DNA from: Geminicoccaceae bacterium
GTDB lineage: Bacteria > Pseudomonadota > Alphaproteobacteria > Geminicoccales > Geminicoccaceae
Assembly: GCA_020638465.1 (NCBI GenBank)
Contig: JACKIM010000003.1
Location: 34,675-98,674 of the forward strand
DNA length: 64,000 nt
Direction: 5' to 3'
Both the position numbers and the translations under genes were made by a program. Of this stretch, positions 36,796 through 47,501 are shown piece after piece (positions within the stretch are counted from its first letter, which is position 1; every line of letters begins with the position of its first letter). Under the pieces are notes generated by a model. The model was not told the DNA's origin. It searched no databases and worked only from the letters and a program-made list of their open reading frames with translations.

Positions 36796-37494
36796 ATGTT
36801 CACCAGCAGCTTTCCCGACCGCCAGGAGATGAACAGGCTCACCGCACGCATGCTGCTCGAAATCGAGGCCGTGCATTTCAGGAGCGACGAGCCCTACACC
36901 CTGACCTCCGGCCTCAGGAGCCCGGTCTATATCGACTGCCGCAAGCTCATTTCCTATCCGCGCATCCGCCGCACATTGATGGATTTCGCCACGACGACAT
37001 TGCTGCGCGATTGCGGCTTCGAATGCTTCGATGCCGTGGCCGGCGGCGAGACAGCAGGCATACCCTTCGCGGCCTGGCTTGCCGACAAGCTCGACCTGCC
37101 GATGCTCTACGTGCGCAAGAAGCCCAAGGGCTTCGGACGCAACGCCCGCATCGAGGGGCATATGACCGAAGGGCAGAGGGTGCTCCTGGTCGAGGATCTC
37201 ACGACGGATGGCGGCAGCAAGGTGAAGTTCGCACAGGGCCTGCGGGAGGCCGGTGCGATCGTCACCGACACCATCGTGGTGTTCTACTACGACATCTTCA
37301 GGGATGCGCGTGCCAACCTGGAAAGGCACGGCCTGCGGCTGCACAGTCTCGCAACCTGGTGGGATGTTCTCCAGTATTGTCGCAATGAGGATTATTTCGA
37401 CAACGCGACATTGAACGAGGTCGAAGCCTTTCTCAATTCACCGCTGGAATGGTCGGCGGCGCGCGGCGGTGCAGGTGAAATCTCCAGCGGATGA
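36796..37494 (+). CDS. pyrE: Orotate phosphoribosyltransferase
   Basis: Trimmed to [15 protein letters not shown] at 36796 (SD AAGGAGGAG). [22 protein letters not shown] and PRPP loop [13 protein letters not shown]. Confidence 0.9.
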   Translation: MFTSSFPDRQEMNRLTARMLLEIEAVHFRSDEPYTLTSGLRSPVYIDCRKLISYPRIRRTLMDFATTTLLRDCGFECFDAVAGGETAGIPFAAWLADKLDLPMLYVRKKPKGFGRNARIEGHMTEGQRVLLVEDLTTDGGSKVKFAQGLREAGAIVTDTIVVFYYDIFRDARANLERHGLRLHSLATWWDVLQYCRNEDYFDNATLNEVEAFLNSPLEWSAARGGAGEISSG

Positions 37495-37521
37495 GATATT
37501 TTCCCATTGGCGATCGCCTCA

Positions 37522-38544
37522 TCAGCGATCGCGCAGTTTCTGCGCATAGACATTGATGACCAGGGCAAGCAGCAGGATCAGCCCGCGGATGAGGACCTTG
37601 AGGAAACTGTCGATGTCGATGTGATCAAGGCCGTTGTTGAGCACGCCCAGCACGAACAGGCCGATGATGGTGTTGGGTATGCCACCGACGCCGCCGAACA
37701 GGGAGGTGCCCCCCACCACGACGGCGGCAATCGAATCGAGGAGAAAGTCATCGAACTGGTTTTGTTGCGCACTGCCGTAATACGCCACCCCGAGCATGCC
37801 GGCGACACCGGAACAGACCGCACCGATGATCATCACCGAGGCGGTGATCAATTTGACGTTGACGCCCGAGAATTCCGCCGCCTCGCGATTGCCGCCTACC
37901 ATGTAAACGTACCGGCCGAAGCGGGTATAGGTGAGCACGAAATGCCCCACCAGGAGAAAGACGCCGGCGACGATGACGATTACCGGCACCGAACCGATAT
38001 AACCCGACCCGAGGAACTTGATCAGTGGTGGAACGTTGTAGGCGATCTGCCCGCGCACCAGCATCGCGCAGATGCCCGCACCGATCTGCAGCATGGCCAG
38101 CGTCATGATGAAGGAGGGAATGCCGATGACCGTGACGCCGAAGGCCGTGACCATGCCCAGCGCGACAGCTGACGCCAGGGCGAGCAGGATCGCGAGCGCG
38201 CCCGGCAGCGGCAGGTTGGCGATGTTCACATAGGCTTCCTGCATGGTGAAAAACGCCACCACGATTCCTACCGCATTGGCGACACTCGCCACGGAGAGAT
38301 CAATCTCGGCGGTGAGGATGACGAAGGTGAGACCCGTCGCGATGATGGCGGTGATCGAGACCTGACGCAGGATGTTGGAAACATTGTCCATCGTCGCGAA
38401 CGAGGGACTCATGGCACTGAATATGAGAACCAGGAAGATCAGCGTGATCAGCGGTGCGATTGCAGTGAGTCTGCGCGCGATCCACGATCCGATACCGCCT
38501 TGACTGGACGTCGCCAATAGTTCCCCTCCCCTTGATACCGTCAC
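37522..38544 (-). CDS. Sugar ABC transporter permease (CUT2/RbsC type)
   Basis: 340 aa, polytopic, branched-chain/ribose-type permease pattern. Confidence 0.9.
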   Translation of the reverse strand: MTVSRGGELLATSSQGGIGSWIARRLTAIAPLITLIFLVLIFSAMSPSFATMDNVSNILRQVSITAIIATGLTFVILTAEIDLSVASVANAVGIVVAFFTMQEAYVNIANLPLPGALAILLALASAVALGMVTAFGVTVIGIPSFIMTLAMLQIGAGICAMLVRGQIAYNVPPLIKFLGSGYIGSVPVIVIVAGVFLLVGHFVLTYTRFGRYVYMVGGNREAAEFSGVNVKLITASVMIIGAVCSGVAGMLGVAYYGSAQQNQFDDFLLDSIAAVVVGGTSLFGGVGGIPNTIIGLFVLGVLNNGLDHIDIDSFLKVLIRGLILLLALVINVYAQKLRDR

Positions 38545-38558
38545 ACCTGCGGGCCGGC

Positions 38559-40070
38559 TCAGGCGGCAGCCAGCAACTGGTCCTTGCCCACCGGCTCGCC
38601 GGCAAATTCCTTCGTTATCCGTCCGCGACGCATGACCACGATGCGATCGGCCAGCGACATGATCGTCTCGGGCTCGGTGGACACCACGACAACGCCCATC
38701 TTGCGCTCCTTCAGCGCCCGCACGATCTTCACCACGTCATCCTTGGCACCGACATCCATGCCGCGGGTCGGTTCGGCCAGCACGAGAATGCGCGGCTCGT
38801 GGGCAATCCAGCGGGCCAGGGCGACCTTCTGCTGATTGCCTCCCGAGAGTGTCCGCAGCAATGCATCGACGGAATCGGTCCGGATCTTCAGGTCATCGAC
38901 CTGGGTCCGGGCGATCTGCCTTTCACGTTTCGGTCTGACGAACCAGCGGGAGATCCTCTCCAGGATGCTGATCGAGATATTCCGATAAACGGGAACATCG
39001 CCAAACAACATTGATGCCCGGCTCTCCGGAACGATGGCGATCCCGGCCCGTTTCCCGTCCGCGGTATGACGCAATCTCGCCGGCTTGCCGCCCCGCAGCA
39101 ATTCGCCCGACCGCGGCCTGAACTTGCCGACCAGCGCCCGTGCCAGCTCCAGCTGCCCGCAACCCATGAAGCCATAGATGCCGACGGCCTCGCCCTCGCG
39201 CACGACAAGGTCGATGTCCTCGAAGGCCCCGGGCATGGTCAGGCCGCGCGCTGCCAGGACGACCGGCGCATCGGAAGCCTGTGGCAGTTCGAGCTGGTGC
39301 AGATAGGTTTCCTCCAGCTCATGATGCGACCGGCCGATCATCTGCTCGATGATCTTCGCCTTGTCGAGTTCGGCCGCAGGCGCCGTCATGACCCGCCGGC
39401 TGTTCTTGAAGATCGTCACCGAATCGGAGATCTCCAGCACATCGTCGAGGAAATGCGAGATGAAGATGAAGCTCCGCCCGCTCTTGCGCAGCCGGTCGAT
39501 GACCGAGAACAGCTGCTTGACCTCGGGCGGCGAAAGCGCCGATGTCGGCTCGTCGAGGATGATGATCCGGGCACCGGAAAACAGCACGCGGCCGAGCTCG
39601 ACAAGCTGCTGCAACCCGATGGACAGATCGCCGGCCCGCATCGCCGGATCGACGTCGATGCCCAGTGCGGAGAGATGCTCGCGCGCCTGTCCGGCCATGT
39701 GCCGCCAGCGCACGAGCCCCATGCCATTGACCGGCTGCGAACCGAGAAACACGTTTTCGGCGACGCTCAGCGCCGGAACGATCGACAGTTCCTGATGGAC
39801 CATGCCGATGCCGTGGGCCAGGGCATCGGCCGTCGAACGCAGGTGCACGGGCCTGCCATCGATCTCGTACACCCCCTCGAAATCGGTATGCACCCCGGCG
39901 ATGATCTTCATCGCCGTGCTCTTGCCCGCACCATTCTCGCCGACGAGGCCGTGCACCTCGCCACGCTGAAGCGCGAAATCGACATCGCTCAGGGCCGTGA
40001 CGCCGCCGAAGCGCTTGGTGACGCCGCTCAGCCGGAGCAGCGGCGACGTCACCCCAACGGATTCGCCCAC
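38559..40070 (-). CDS. Sugar ABC transporter ATP-binding protein, double domain (RbsA type)
   Basis: 503 aa. Walker A GENGAGKST, signature LSGGNQQK in the second domain. Confidence 0.9.
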   Translation of the reverse strand: MGESVGVTSPLLRLSGVTKRFGGVTALSDVDFALQRGEVHGLVGENGAGKSTAMKIIAGVHTDFEGVYEIDGRPVHLRSTADALAHGIGMVHQELSIVPALSVAENVFLGSQPVNGMGLVRWRHMAGQAREHLSALGIDVDPAMRAGDLSIGLQQLVELGRVLFSGARIIILDEPTSALSPPEVKQLFSVIDRLRKSGRSFIFISHFLDDVLEISDSVTIFKNSRRVMTAPAAELDKAKIIEQMIGRSHHELEETYLHQLELPQASDAPVVLAARGLTMPGAFEDIDLVVREGEAVGIYGFMGCGQLELARALVGKFRPRSGELLRGGKPARLRHTADGKRAGIAIVPESRASMLFGDVPVYRNISISILERISRWFVRPKRERQIARTQVDDLKIRTDSVDALLRTLSGGNQQKVALARWIAHEPRILVLAEPTRGMDVGAKDDVVKIVRALKERKMGVVVVSTEPETIMSLADRIVVMRRGRITKEFAGEPVGKDQLLAAA

Positions 40071-40076
40071 GTCGGA

Positions 40077-41120
40077 TCAGATCAGGAAATGCTTCTGCAT
40101 CCACAGCATGCCCGGTGCGTTGGCCTGCGTCACCACCGGACCATCGGTAATCACATGCTTGGGAATGCCGTCGACCCCCGTGGCCTCGCCGGTCAGTACC
40201 GCCGCGACACCGGCCATGAGCGCACCGCCGTGGATACGGCAGGACGGGTTGCGCACGGTGGCATGCATCCGACCGTCGATGACCGCTTCCACCGCCGGCG
40301 GCATGGCGTCGACACCGCCAATGACGATATCCGTGCGGCCGCGCGCCTGCATGACATTGTAGGCGGCGAGCGCCATGTCGTCATTGTGGAAGAAGGCTGC
40401 CGAGATCTTGTCGTACTTGGTCAGCAGGCTGTCCCAGATGCGCGACGCCTTGGTGACGTCCCAGTCCGCCGGCTGCTCGTCGAGCACCTCGATATCGGGA
40501 TATTTGTCGACGATCGCATGGAAGCCGCGGGCCCGGCCCTGCGCACCGGTATGGCCGAGCGCCCCCTGGGTCATGACCATGGTTCCCTCGCCGCCGATGG
40601 CATCCACCAGCGCCTGGGTCACCGATGCCCCCATGAACTCGTTGTCGGGCGCGAGGAAGCTGTTGACGTTGATCTGTTCGAGCGGTGCTATCAGCGTGTC
40701 CATGTCGAACACCGGAATGCCGCGTTCGAGCATGCGGTTGACCGGATCGGTCAGCGTACCGATGCCGAACGCCTGAATGGCCACGAAGTCCCAGTCCTGG
40801 CTGGCCATGTTGTCGATGGCGGCGCGCTGCTTGGGAGCACTGAGCTCACCGTCGAACCATGTCACCTCGACGTTGAAGAGCGAGCCCCAGTATTCGGCTG
40901 CCTGCTTGCCCTGCGCACACCAGGTCGCCTGCAAACCGGCATTGGAGAAGGCCGCCTTGAGCGGCTTCTCGCTGCGTCCCATCTCCGCCGCCATGGCCGC
41001 CGACAGGCGCGGATCCATGCCGAATCCGCCCAGCATCGCACCCGCTGCCGCAGACGATGCCGCCGCGCGCCGGACGAACGAACGCCGGGTCGATGGTGAA
41101 AACTTGTCGAGATCGCTCAT
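40077..41120 (-). CDS. Sugar ABC transporter periplasmic binding protein (RbsB-like) with Tat-type signal
   Basis: Trimmed to MSDLDKFSPSTRRSFVRRAAASSAAAGAML at 41120 (SD GGGGGAGGAG). Twin-arginine motif TRRSFV. Confidence 0.85.
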   Translation of the reverse strand: MSDLDKFSPSTRRSFVRRAAASSAAAGAMLGGFGMDPRLSAAMAAEMGRSEKPLKAAFSNAGLQATWCAQGKQAAEYWGSLFNVEVTWFDGELSAPKQRAAIDNMASQDWDFVAIQAFGIGTLTDPVNRMLERGIPVFDMDTLIAPLEQINVNSFLAPDNEFMGASVTQALVDAIGGEGTMVMTQGALGHTGAQGRARGFHAIVDKYPDIEVLDEQPADWDVTKASRIWDSLLTKYDKISAAFFHNDDMALAAYNVMQARGRTDIVIGGVDAMPPAVEAVIDGRMHATVRNPSCRIHGGALMAGVAAVLTGEATGVDGIPKHVITDGPVVTQANAPGMLWMQKHFLI

Positions 41121-41255
41121 TCGACTCCTCCCCCTTGAAATCTTCTGCATGTGGGTTCTTCACATTCCATATTCTCTGGCCATTGAAGACACTTGGCAAG
41201 TGGCGATTGGCATACCAGAGATAAAGACGGCACCCGGAGACATCCGGGCGTCACC

Positions 41256-42485
41256 TCAGAATCGCGGCCGGCCATCCTGCCATCCAGGCCAGTGCTTGCG
41301 CATCTCGGTCGCGTCGTCGCGCCGCGTCAGGCCGGCATCGAGATAGTTCCTGTGCAGCCGTGCCAGGGCGTCCCGGTCGAGGGTCACGCCGAGGCCGGGG
41401 CCGTCGGGCAGTTTCATCTCGCCATCACGGATCGTCAGCTTGCCGCCTTCGATCACCTCGTCGACCTGCCAGGGATAGTGCGTATCGCAATCGTAGGTCA
41501 GGTTGGGTGTGGCGGCGGCGAGATGGGCCATGGCCGCAAGGCTGATCCCCAGGTGCGAATTCGAGTGCATGGAAAGGCTGATGCCGAAGATATCGCAGAT
41601 CCGCGCCAGTTCGCGGCTGGCACGCAGGCCACCCCAGTAATGATGGTCCGAGAGGATCACGCGCACGGCACCGCTGGCGATGGCTTGCGGCAGGTGGTCG
41701 AAGGCGACCACGCACATGTTGGTGGCAAGGGGCAGGCTTGTGGCCGACTGGATCAGGCCCATGGAGGGAATGCCGATCGTCGGATCCTCCAGATATTCGA
41801 GCAGCCGTTCGAGTTCGGGCAGCAGCTTCAGCGTCGTATGGACGTGCCAGCCGCCGTTGGGGTCGATGCGCAGCGGTGCCCTCGGGAAGGCATCGCGCAG
41901 GGCCCGCAGGGCCTCGATCTCCGCTTCCGGTTCGAGCACGCCGGCCTTGAGCTTGATCGCCTCGAAGCCGTATTCGTCGACCATCCGCCGGGCCTCGTCG
42001 ACCATGGCCTCCGGTGTCAGCACCTCGCCCCAGGCATCGTCCTCCGCCTCCCCGTGATGGCGGGCGAACTTGTAGAACAGATAGGCGGAGAACGGCACGG
42101 TCTCCCGGACCTGCCCGCCGAGTATCTCGCAGACCCGGCGGCCGGAGGCCTTGCCGAAGGCGTCGTGACAGGCCACCTCGATCGCCGCCACCGCACGCGG
42201 CAGCCGTCGCTCGCCGCCATCCTCGACGATCACCGCACTTCCCTCGCGCCGCAGCGCGTTCAGGTCCATGACATCCCGGCCGATCATCCGCGGAGCCAGT
42301 GCGGCAATCGCGTCGAGCACCGACTTCGACCCGTAGCTTTCGCCCAGGCCGACGAAGCCGCCTTCAATCTCGACTTCGATGATGCTGCGCAGGGCCCAGG
42401 GCTCGTGGCAACCGGCGACATTCAGCAATGGCGGATCACGGAACGCGATGGGCGTGACCCGGATATCCTCGATACGGTTGGCCAC
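41256..42485 (-). CDS. Enolase-superfamily enzyme, glucarate dehydratase (GudD)-like
   Basis: 409 aa. KLKAGVLEPEAEIEALRALRDAFPRAPLRIDPNGGW and YLEDP parallel the GudD motifs KLKGGVL...DPNGAW...YAEDP. Confidence 0.8.
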   Translation of the reverse strand: MANRIEDIRVTPIAFRDPPLLNVAGCHEPWALRSIIEVEIEGGFVGLGESYGSKSVLDAIAALAPRMIGRDVMDLNALRREGSAVIVEDGGERRLPRAVAAIEVACHDAFGKASGRRVCEILGGQVRETVPFSAYLFYKFARHHGEAEDDAWGEVLTPEAMVDEARRMVDEYGFEAIKLKAGVLEPEAEIEALRALRDAFPRAPLRIDPNGGWHVHTTLKLLPELERLLEYLEDPTIGIPSMGLIQSATSLPLATNMCVVAFDHLPQAIASGAVRVILSDHHYWGGLRASRELARICDIFGISLSMHSNSHLGISLAAMAHLAAATPNLTYDCDTHYPWQVDEVIEGGKLTIRDGEMKLPDGPGLGVTLDRDALARLHRNYLDAGLTRRDDATEMRKHWPGWQDGRPRF

Positions 42486-42508
42486 TTGACCTGTCCCCTT
42501 CTTGAAGA

Positions 42509-43660
42509 TCAGGCCAGATTGGCCTCGATGTAGTCGAGGTTGAGATCCTGGCCGAGGCCGGGCTCGGTGCGGCAGTGGACATATCCGTCCTTGTCCATCT
42601 CGTCATCGATGCGGTTCTGGAAATCCTTCGGTTGATCGTAGTCGATGAAGGGATGAAGCAGACCGCGTTCGTAATAGCTCGTGTTGGAGATGGCTGCCGC
42701 CACGGCAAGGTTGCCGGCACCCGTGCCGTGGACTTCGCAGGACATTCCGAAACTGTCGGCCAGATGTGCCACCTTCATCGACGGTCCGATGCCGCCGACA
42801 TCCCACACGCCGGTACGGAGCATGTCGCATGCTCCCTTCGATGCCCACTCGGCACGGGTCCAGTGCTTGCCGGTCATGCTCTCGGGACCGAGAATGTTCA
42901 GTCTTGGCAGATTTCCCGAAAGCCACTGATAGGAGGAAAGCGAGGCCTCCTCCATGCATTCCTCCATCCACAGGAATCCCAGTTCCTCAAGTTTCTGGCC
43001 GAGCCACAGGCTGTCCGCTCGCGAATACCAGTGGTTGGGGTCGAGCATCAGGGGGATGTCGGGACCGACGGCTTCACGTACCGCGGCACAGGCCGCGTAG
43101 TCCATTTTCACATTCGGTGCACCGGGAATGGGGGGCATCCACGTGTGCAGCTTTATCGCCCTGTAGCCATGCTTCCTGACAAGCCGTTCGGCAAAGCGAC
43201 CATAGTCCTCCGGGGTGGCAAGACCATTGTCGAGATCATCGCCGCACATGGTCGATCCATAGGCGAGGATCTTCTCACGATAGCCGCCAAGCAGTTTCCA
43301 CACCGGCTGCCCGCAGATCTTGCCGACGAGGTCCCACAGGGCGAGATCGACCGCGCACAGCACACGGTCGGTGAGCCGCATGGAGCTGCCGCGCTGCCAC
43401 TTGTACAGCGCCCGCCACAGGTGCTCGTGCCGCATCGGGTCGGCACCGATCAGCACCGGCCGGATGAACTGCGCCAGCAGAGGTTCCGCGATGTCGGCCG
43501 GATTGGCGATGACATGGCCGACCGTGCCGTCATCGGCGACAATCGACAGAAGTCCCCCCCGGGTTTCGGTCACCGGTCCGGGATGACCGTGCCCGTCGCT
43601 GTCGCGGCTGGTGTTGGTACGATAGCGGAATGTCCTTGACTCGACTTTTTCGATCTTCAT
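42509..43660 (-). CDS. Enolase-superfamily enzyme (mandelate racemase/muconate lactonising family)
   Basis: 383 aa. Candidate metal ligands in MLDPNH, WMEECM and ILGPES. LALWDLVGKICGQPVWKLLGG motif. Confidence 0.8.
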   Translation of the reverse strand: MKIEKVESRTFRYRTNTSRDSDGHGHPGPVTETRGGLLSIVADDGTVGHVIANPADIAEPLLAQFIRPVLIGADPMRHEHLWRALYKWQRGSSMRLTDRVLCAVDLALWDLVGKICGQPVWKLLGGYREKILAYGSTMCGDDLDNGLATPEDYGRFAERLVRKHGYRAIKLHTWMPPIPGAPNVKMDYAACAAVREAVGPDIPLMLDPNHWYSRADSLWLGQKLEELGFLWMEECMEEASLSSYQWLSGNLPRLNILGPESMTGKHWTRAEWASKGACDMLRTGVWDVGGIGPSMKVAHLADSFGMSCEVHGTGAGNLAVAAAISNTSYYERGLLHPFIDYDQPKDFQNRIDDEMDKDGYVHCRTEPGLGQDLNLDYIEANLA

Positions 43661-44862
43661 CTTCGGCGCAGCTTTCTTCGTCGTGACAATCGTGTCTGGA
43701 TGTAGAGGGCTTCATCGCGCGTTCCGGGCTCGTTGGCCCAGCCATCGTCGGGGGGAAGTTCGGCAACGTTGCGAATGCCCGGATAGCGGACAATCTCGCC
43801 TTCGATAATGTCGACGCCGAGCCCCGGAGCGTCCGGCACCGGCAGGCGGCCATCCACGACCTTCAGCACCGGTCGTACCACCTCGTACCGGCCCGGCCAG
43901 TCGAACTCGACCCGCTCCAGCATCAGCGCGTTGGGGATGGTGGCCATGACGTGCAATGCCGCGAACTCGGCCACCGGCCCGAGCGAACCCGAATGCGGCG
44001 CCATCATGATCCCGTGCGCCTCGGCCATGGCCGCCATCTTGCGCATCTGGGTAATGCCGCCGGCACGTCCCGTATCCGGCTGGATCACGTCGACCAGATC
44101 GCGTTCGATATAGGGTCGCATTCCGTGGATGGTTGCCACCCGCTCTCCGGCTGCAAGAGGCACATTTACCGAATCGCGCAGGCGTGCCAGAGCGTCGAGA
44201 TTCTCCGGTGGGACAGGGTCCTCATAGAACAGGAGGTCGAATGCCTCGAGTTCCCTCCCGACGAGAATGGCATCTTGTGTGGTCATCCATGACGGGCCGT
44301 GGGCATCGACCATGAGATCGCGCTCATCGCCGATTGCCGTACGGATGTCGGCGACAATGTCGAGATCGACCGCTCCGGTGAACGGAACCTTGAAGCCGCG
44401 ATAGCCGCGCTCGATCAGTTCGGCCGCCCGCTGGGGCGTGCGGGCATGGCCGTAGACCTGTATACAGTCACGGAACCGCCCGCCCAGCAGGTTCCAGACC
44501 GGCTGCCCCAGCGCCTTGCCCTTGATGTCCCACAAGGCCATCTCGATGCCGCTCATGGCGCCGCCGGCAACCGTGCCGAGCATGCCATGCCCCATCATCG
44601 CCAGTTGCATGCGATGCCATAGCCGGTCGACATGTTGCGGATCCTCGCCGACCAGGACATTGGCCAGGTCCTGCACCGCCCGTTCGACGACACGCGGCCA
44701 GCCGCTGCATTCCCCGACGCCGTGAAGGCCCTCATCGGTCAGGACACGCACGAACAGCCAGTTGCGCGACCCGCGGAAATCGGCATCCACCCCCAGCGCC
44801 GCGCCGCCGGACGGCCTCGCCCCCACCTGCATCAGGTGGGTCTCGATGGCCGTGATCTTCAT
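43657..44862 (-). CDS. Enolase-superfamily enzyme (galactonate/mannonate dehydratase-like)
   Basis: 401 aa. MKITAIETH..., MALWDIKGKALGQPVWNLLGG, candidate ligands in VDAHG, YEDP and AAGER. Confidence 0.8.
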   Translation of the reverse strand: MKITAIETHLMQVGARPSGGAALGVDADFRGSRNWLFVRVLTDEGLHGVGECSGWPRVVERAVQDLANVLVGEDPQHVDRLWHRMQLAMMGHGMLGTVAGGAMSGIEMALWDIKGKALGQPVWNLLGGRFRDCIQVYGHARTPQRAAELIERGYRGFKVPFTGAVDLDIVADIRTAIGDERDLMVDAHGPSWMTTQDAILVGRELEAFDLLFYEDPVPPENLDALARLRDSVNVPLAAGERVATIHGMRPYIERDLVDVIQPDTGRAGGITQMRKMAAMAEAHGIMMAPHSGSLGPVAEFAALHVMATIPNALMLERVEFDWPGRYEVVRPVLKVVDGRLPVPDAPGLGVDIIEGEIVRYPGIRNVAELPPDDGWANEPGTRDEALYIQTRLSRRRKLRRR

Positions 44863-45815
44863 CGCTCCAGTCCTTCAAGGAATCGCACGGCGTCGGCGAG
44901 CACGCTGCGGGCGGCCGGAAGCACGCGCGCCCGATTGATGAATCCGTGCGTGACCCCTTTCTCCACGCGCAATTGCGTCCGGACGCCCGCAGATTCGAGC
45001 CGACGGGCCATGGAGAGCGTATCGTCGCGCAAGACGTCGAGTTCGGCCGCTACCAGCCATGTGGGCGGCAAGCCGGCGAGATCGCCCAGCATGGGCGTCA
45101 CGAGCGGATCGTGGACGCGGCGTCCGCCAGGGTCGTAATGGTCGAAATATTCCATCATCCGGGCCCGCGGCAGACCGAACCTGCCATCGGCAAATTCGCG
45201 ATAGCTGGGGCTGTCGAAATTCACGGCGAGCACGCCGTAGAACAGCATCAACCCCGCCAGCCCGGCCCGCTGGTTGTCGGCAAGGGCCGTGGCCGCAGCC
45301 AGATTGCCTCCCGCAGAAGTGCCGGCAAGGACGATCCGGGCCGGGTCCAGCCCCAGCCCCGGCCCGCTTTCACGGATCCACGCCAATGCGGCCGTGCAAT
45401 CAGTCAACCCGGCGGGAAAGGGATGTTCGGGCGCCAGCCGGTAGGTGGGGGCCACCACACTCCAGCCGCTGTCATGCACCAGTGTGCGGATGGCCGGTTC
45501 GTTCTGGACGACGCTCCCGGCGACCCAGCCCCCGCCATAGATGTAGAGGATGACCGGCGAGGGTCGGCCCTTCGCCCCGCGGAACAGGCGAAGGGGCACG
45601 GTATGGCCGTCATCCGCGGCTGTATGCAGCTCCTCCGTGATCCCGGCTTCCACAAGTCCCTCATTCCAGAAGGATGCCGTCAGCGGTCCGGCACGTCGCG
45701 ATTCGGCGATGCCCTCGCCGCGGCCAAATTCACGGTCGAGCCTCGCTTCCTCGGCCATCGAACGGGCCATGCCCGGCGCCAGCCTGTGTTCGTCATCGCC
45801 TGTATGCAGGTTCAT
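44859..45815 (-). CDS. Alpha/beta hydrolase, hormone-sensitive-lipase-type esterase
   Basis: 318 aa. Oxyanion-hole motif IYGGGWVAGS and nucleophile elbow GTSAGGNL. Confidence 0.8.
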   Translation of the reverse strand: MNLHTGDDEHRLAPGMARSMAEEARLDREFGRGEGIAESRRAGPLTASFWNEGLVEAGITEELHTAADDGHTVPLRLFRGAKGRPSPVILYIYGGGWVAGSVVQNEPAIRTLVHDSGWSVVAPTYRLAPEHPFPAGLTDCTAALAWIRESGPGLGLDPARIVLAGTSAGGNLAAATALADNQRAGLAGLMLFYGVLAVNFDSPSYREFADGRFGLPRARMMEYFDHYDPGGRRVHDPLVTPMLGDLAGLPPTWLVAAELDVLRDDTLSMARRLESAGVRTQLRVEKGVTHGFINRARVLPAARSVLADAVRFLEGLER

Positions 45816-47497
45816 TCCTCCCCTCGATAGCGTACCCTCTTGCGCGTTCCGCGCAGTGCGGGATCGGCACTGGGCACAGCCGACAACAACGCCTGGGTGT
45901 AGGGATGTTGCGGATCGGTGATGACCTGTTCGGTATCGCCGAGCTCGACGATGCGGCCCCGGTACATGACCGCGATCCGGTCGCAGAAATAGCGGATCAC
46001 GGCCATGTCGTGACTGATGAAGAGGAAGGACAGGCCGAGGTCGCGTTGCAGTTCCAGCAGCAGGTCGAGGACCTGTGTACGGATCGACACGTCGAGGGCC
46101 GAGGTCGGTTCGTCGGCGATGATGAGCTTCGGATCGAGCGCTATGGCCCGGGCAATGACGATACGTTGCCGCTGTCCGCCGGAAAAGGCGTGCGGATAAC
46201 GTTCCCGCATCGCCGGATCGAGCCCCACCCGTTCGAGCAGCGAACCGACCCGCCGATCCAGTTCACTGCCCGCCATGCCCTGATTGATGACCAGGGGCTC
46301 GGCAATGATCTGCTTGACGGTCATCCGCGGATTGAGCGAGGCGAACGGGTCCTGGAAGATCATGCGGATCTCGCGCCGCACCGGTTCGAGGTCGGCGGCA
46401 CCGGCCGTCATCAGATCCTTGCCGCGGTAGCTGATCTCGCCGCCGGTCGGTTCGTAGACCCGGGCGATGCAACGACCCACGGTGGTCTTGCCGGATCCGC
46501 TCTCGCCAACGATCCCGAGCGTCTCGCCCTGCCTGAGTTCGAAGGAGATGCCGTCAACGGCCCTGGTGCGGTCGGTCACCCTCTGGAAGAAGCCGGTGCG
46601 CTTCTCGAAATGCATGGCGAGATCGCGCGTCGTGAGAATGGATGGCGCGTCGGCCGGAACGGGCGTCTTGTTGCGGGCCTTGCCGGAAAGCAGCTTGACG
46701 GCTCCGAGCAGGCGCTGCGTGTAGGCCTCCCGGGGCGCATTGAAAATGGCATCGACATCGCCGCGCTCGACCACGCGCCCCTTGTGCATGACCACCACGT
46801 CATGCGCGATCTCGGCGACCACCCCCATGTCGTGGGTGATGAACATGACCGCCATGCCGAGATCGCGCTGCAAGGTGGCGATGAGATCGAGGATTTCCGC
46901 CTGTGTGGTGACGTCCAGCGCCGTGGTGGGCTCATCGGCGATAAGGACGTCCGGATGACAACATAACGCCATGGCAATCATTGCCCGTTGGCGCATTCCG
47001 CCCGAAAACTCGAAGGCATAGCGGTTGATCGCCTTCTCCGGATCGGGAATTTCGACCTGCCGCAACATGTCCACGGCGATCTCGCGCGCTTCCCTCCGGC
47101 TCGCCTTGCGATGCAGCAGCACGGCCTCGATGATCTGCGCCCCGATGGTGTGGACAGGCGAGAGCGAACTCATCGGTTCCTGGAAGATCATGCCGATGCG
47201 CCCCCCGCGGATCTCGCGGATGGCCTTCGAGCGCGAGCCGAGCGCAATGAGTTCGGTCGCTCCGCTCCCCGGCTCGGGCTCGAAGAGGATGCGGCCGCCC
47301 GTGATCGTTCCCGGCGGCGGCACCATGTTGAGAATCGAGCGCGCCGTCATCGACTTGCCCGATCCGCTTTCGCCGACGATGCAGGTCGTCTTGCCGCGTT
47401 CGAGCTCGAAGGTCACGCCATCGAGGACGCGAAGCCCCCCCTGGCGCATCGCGAAATCGACGACGAGGTTGTCGACCCTGAGAATGGCTCCGTTCAT
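45812..47497 (-). CDS. Fused double-domain peptide/opine ABC ATP-binding protein
   Basis: Trimmed to [11 protein letters not shown] at 47497. Two Walker A sites (GESGSGKS twice) and two signatures ([16 protein letters not shown]). Confidence 0.9.
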   Translation of the reverse strand: MNGAILRVDNLVVDFAMRQGGLRVLDGVTFELERGKTTCIVGESGSGKSMTARSILNMVPPPGTITGGRILFEPEPGSGATELIALGSRSKAIREIRGGRIGMIFQEPMSSLSPVHTIGAQIIEAVLLHRKASRREAREIAVDMLRQVEIPDPEKAINRYAFEFSGGMRQRAMIAMALCCHPDVLIADEPTTALDVTTQAEILDLIATLQRDLGMAVMFITHDMGVVAEIAHDVVVMHKGRVVERGDVDAIFNAPREAYTQRLLGAVKLLSGKARNKTPVPADAPSILTTRDLAMHFEKRTGFFQRVTDRTRAVDGISFELRQGETLGIVGESGSGKTTVGRCIARVYEPTGGEISYRGKDLMTAGAADLEPVRREIRMIFQDPFASLNPRMTVKQIIAEPLVINQGMAGSELDRRVGSLLERVGLDPAMRERYPHAFSGGQRQRIVIARAIALDPKLIIADEPTSALDVSIRTQVLDLLLELQRDLGLSFLFISHDMAVIRYFCDRIAVMYRGRIVELGDTEQVITDPQHPYTQALLSAVPSADPALRGTRKRVRYRGEE

Positions 47498-47501
47498 GCC
47501 G

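Noticed and set aside
41203-41217. Minus-strand TGGTATGCCAATCGC upstream of the sugar SBP gene, a possible internal sigma-54 promoter
   Set aside because: GG-N10-GC spacing is correct, but there are three mismatches to the TGGCAC-N5-TTGC consensus. That is not distinguishable from chance without a scoring matrix or 5'-end data.
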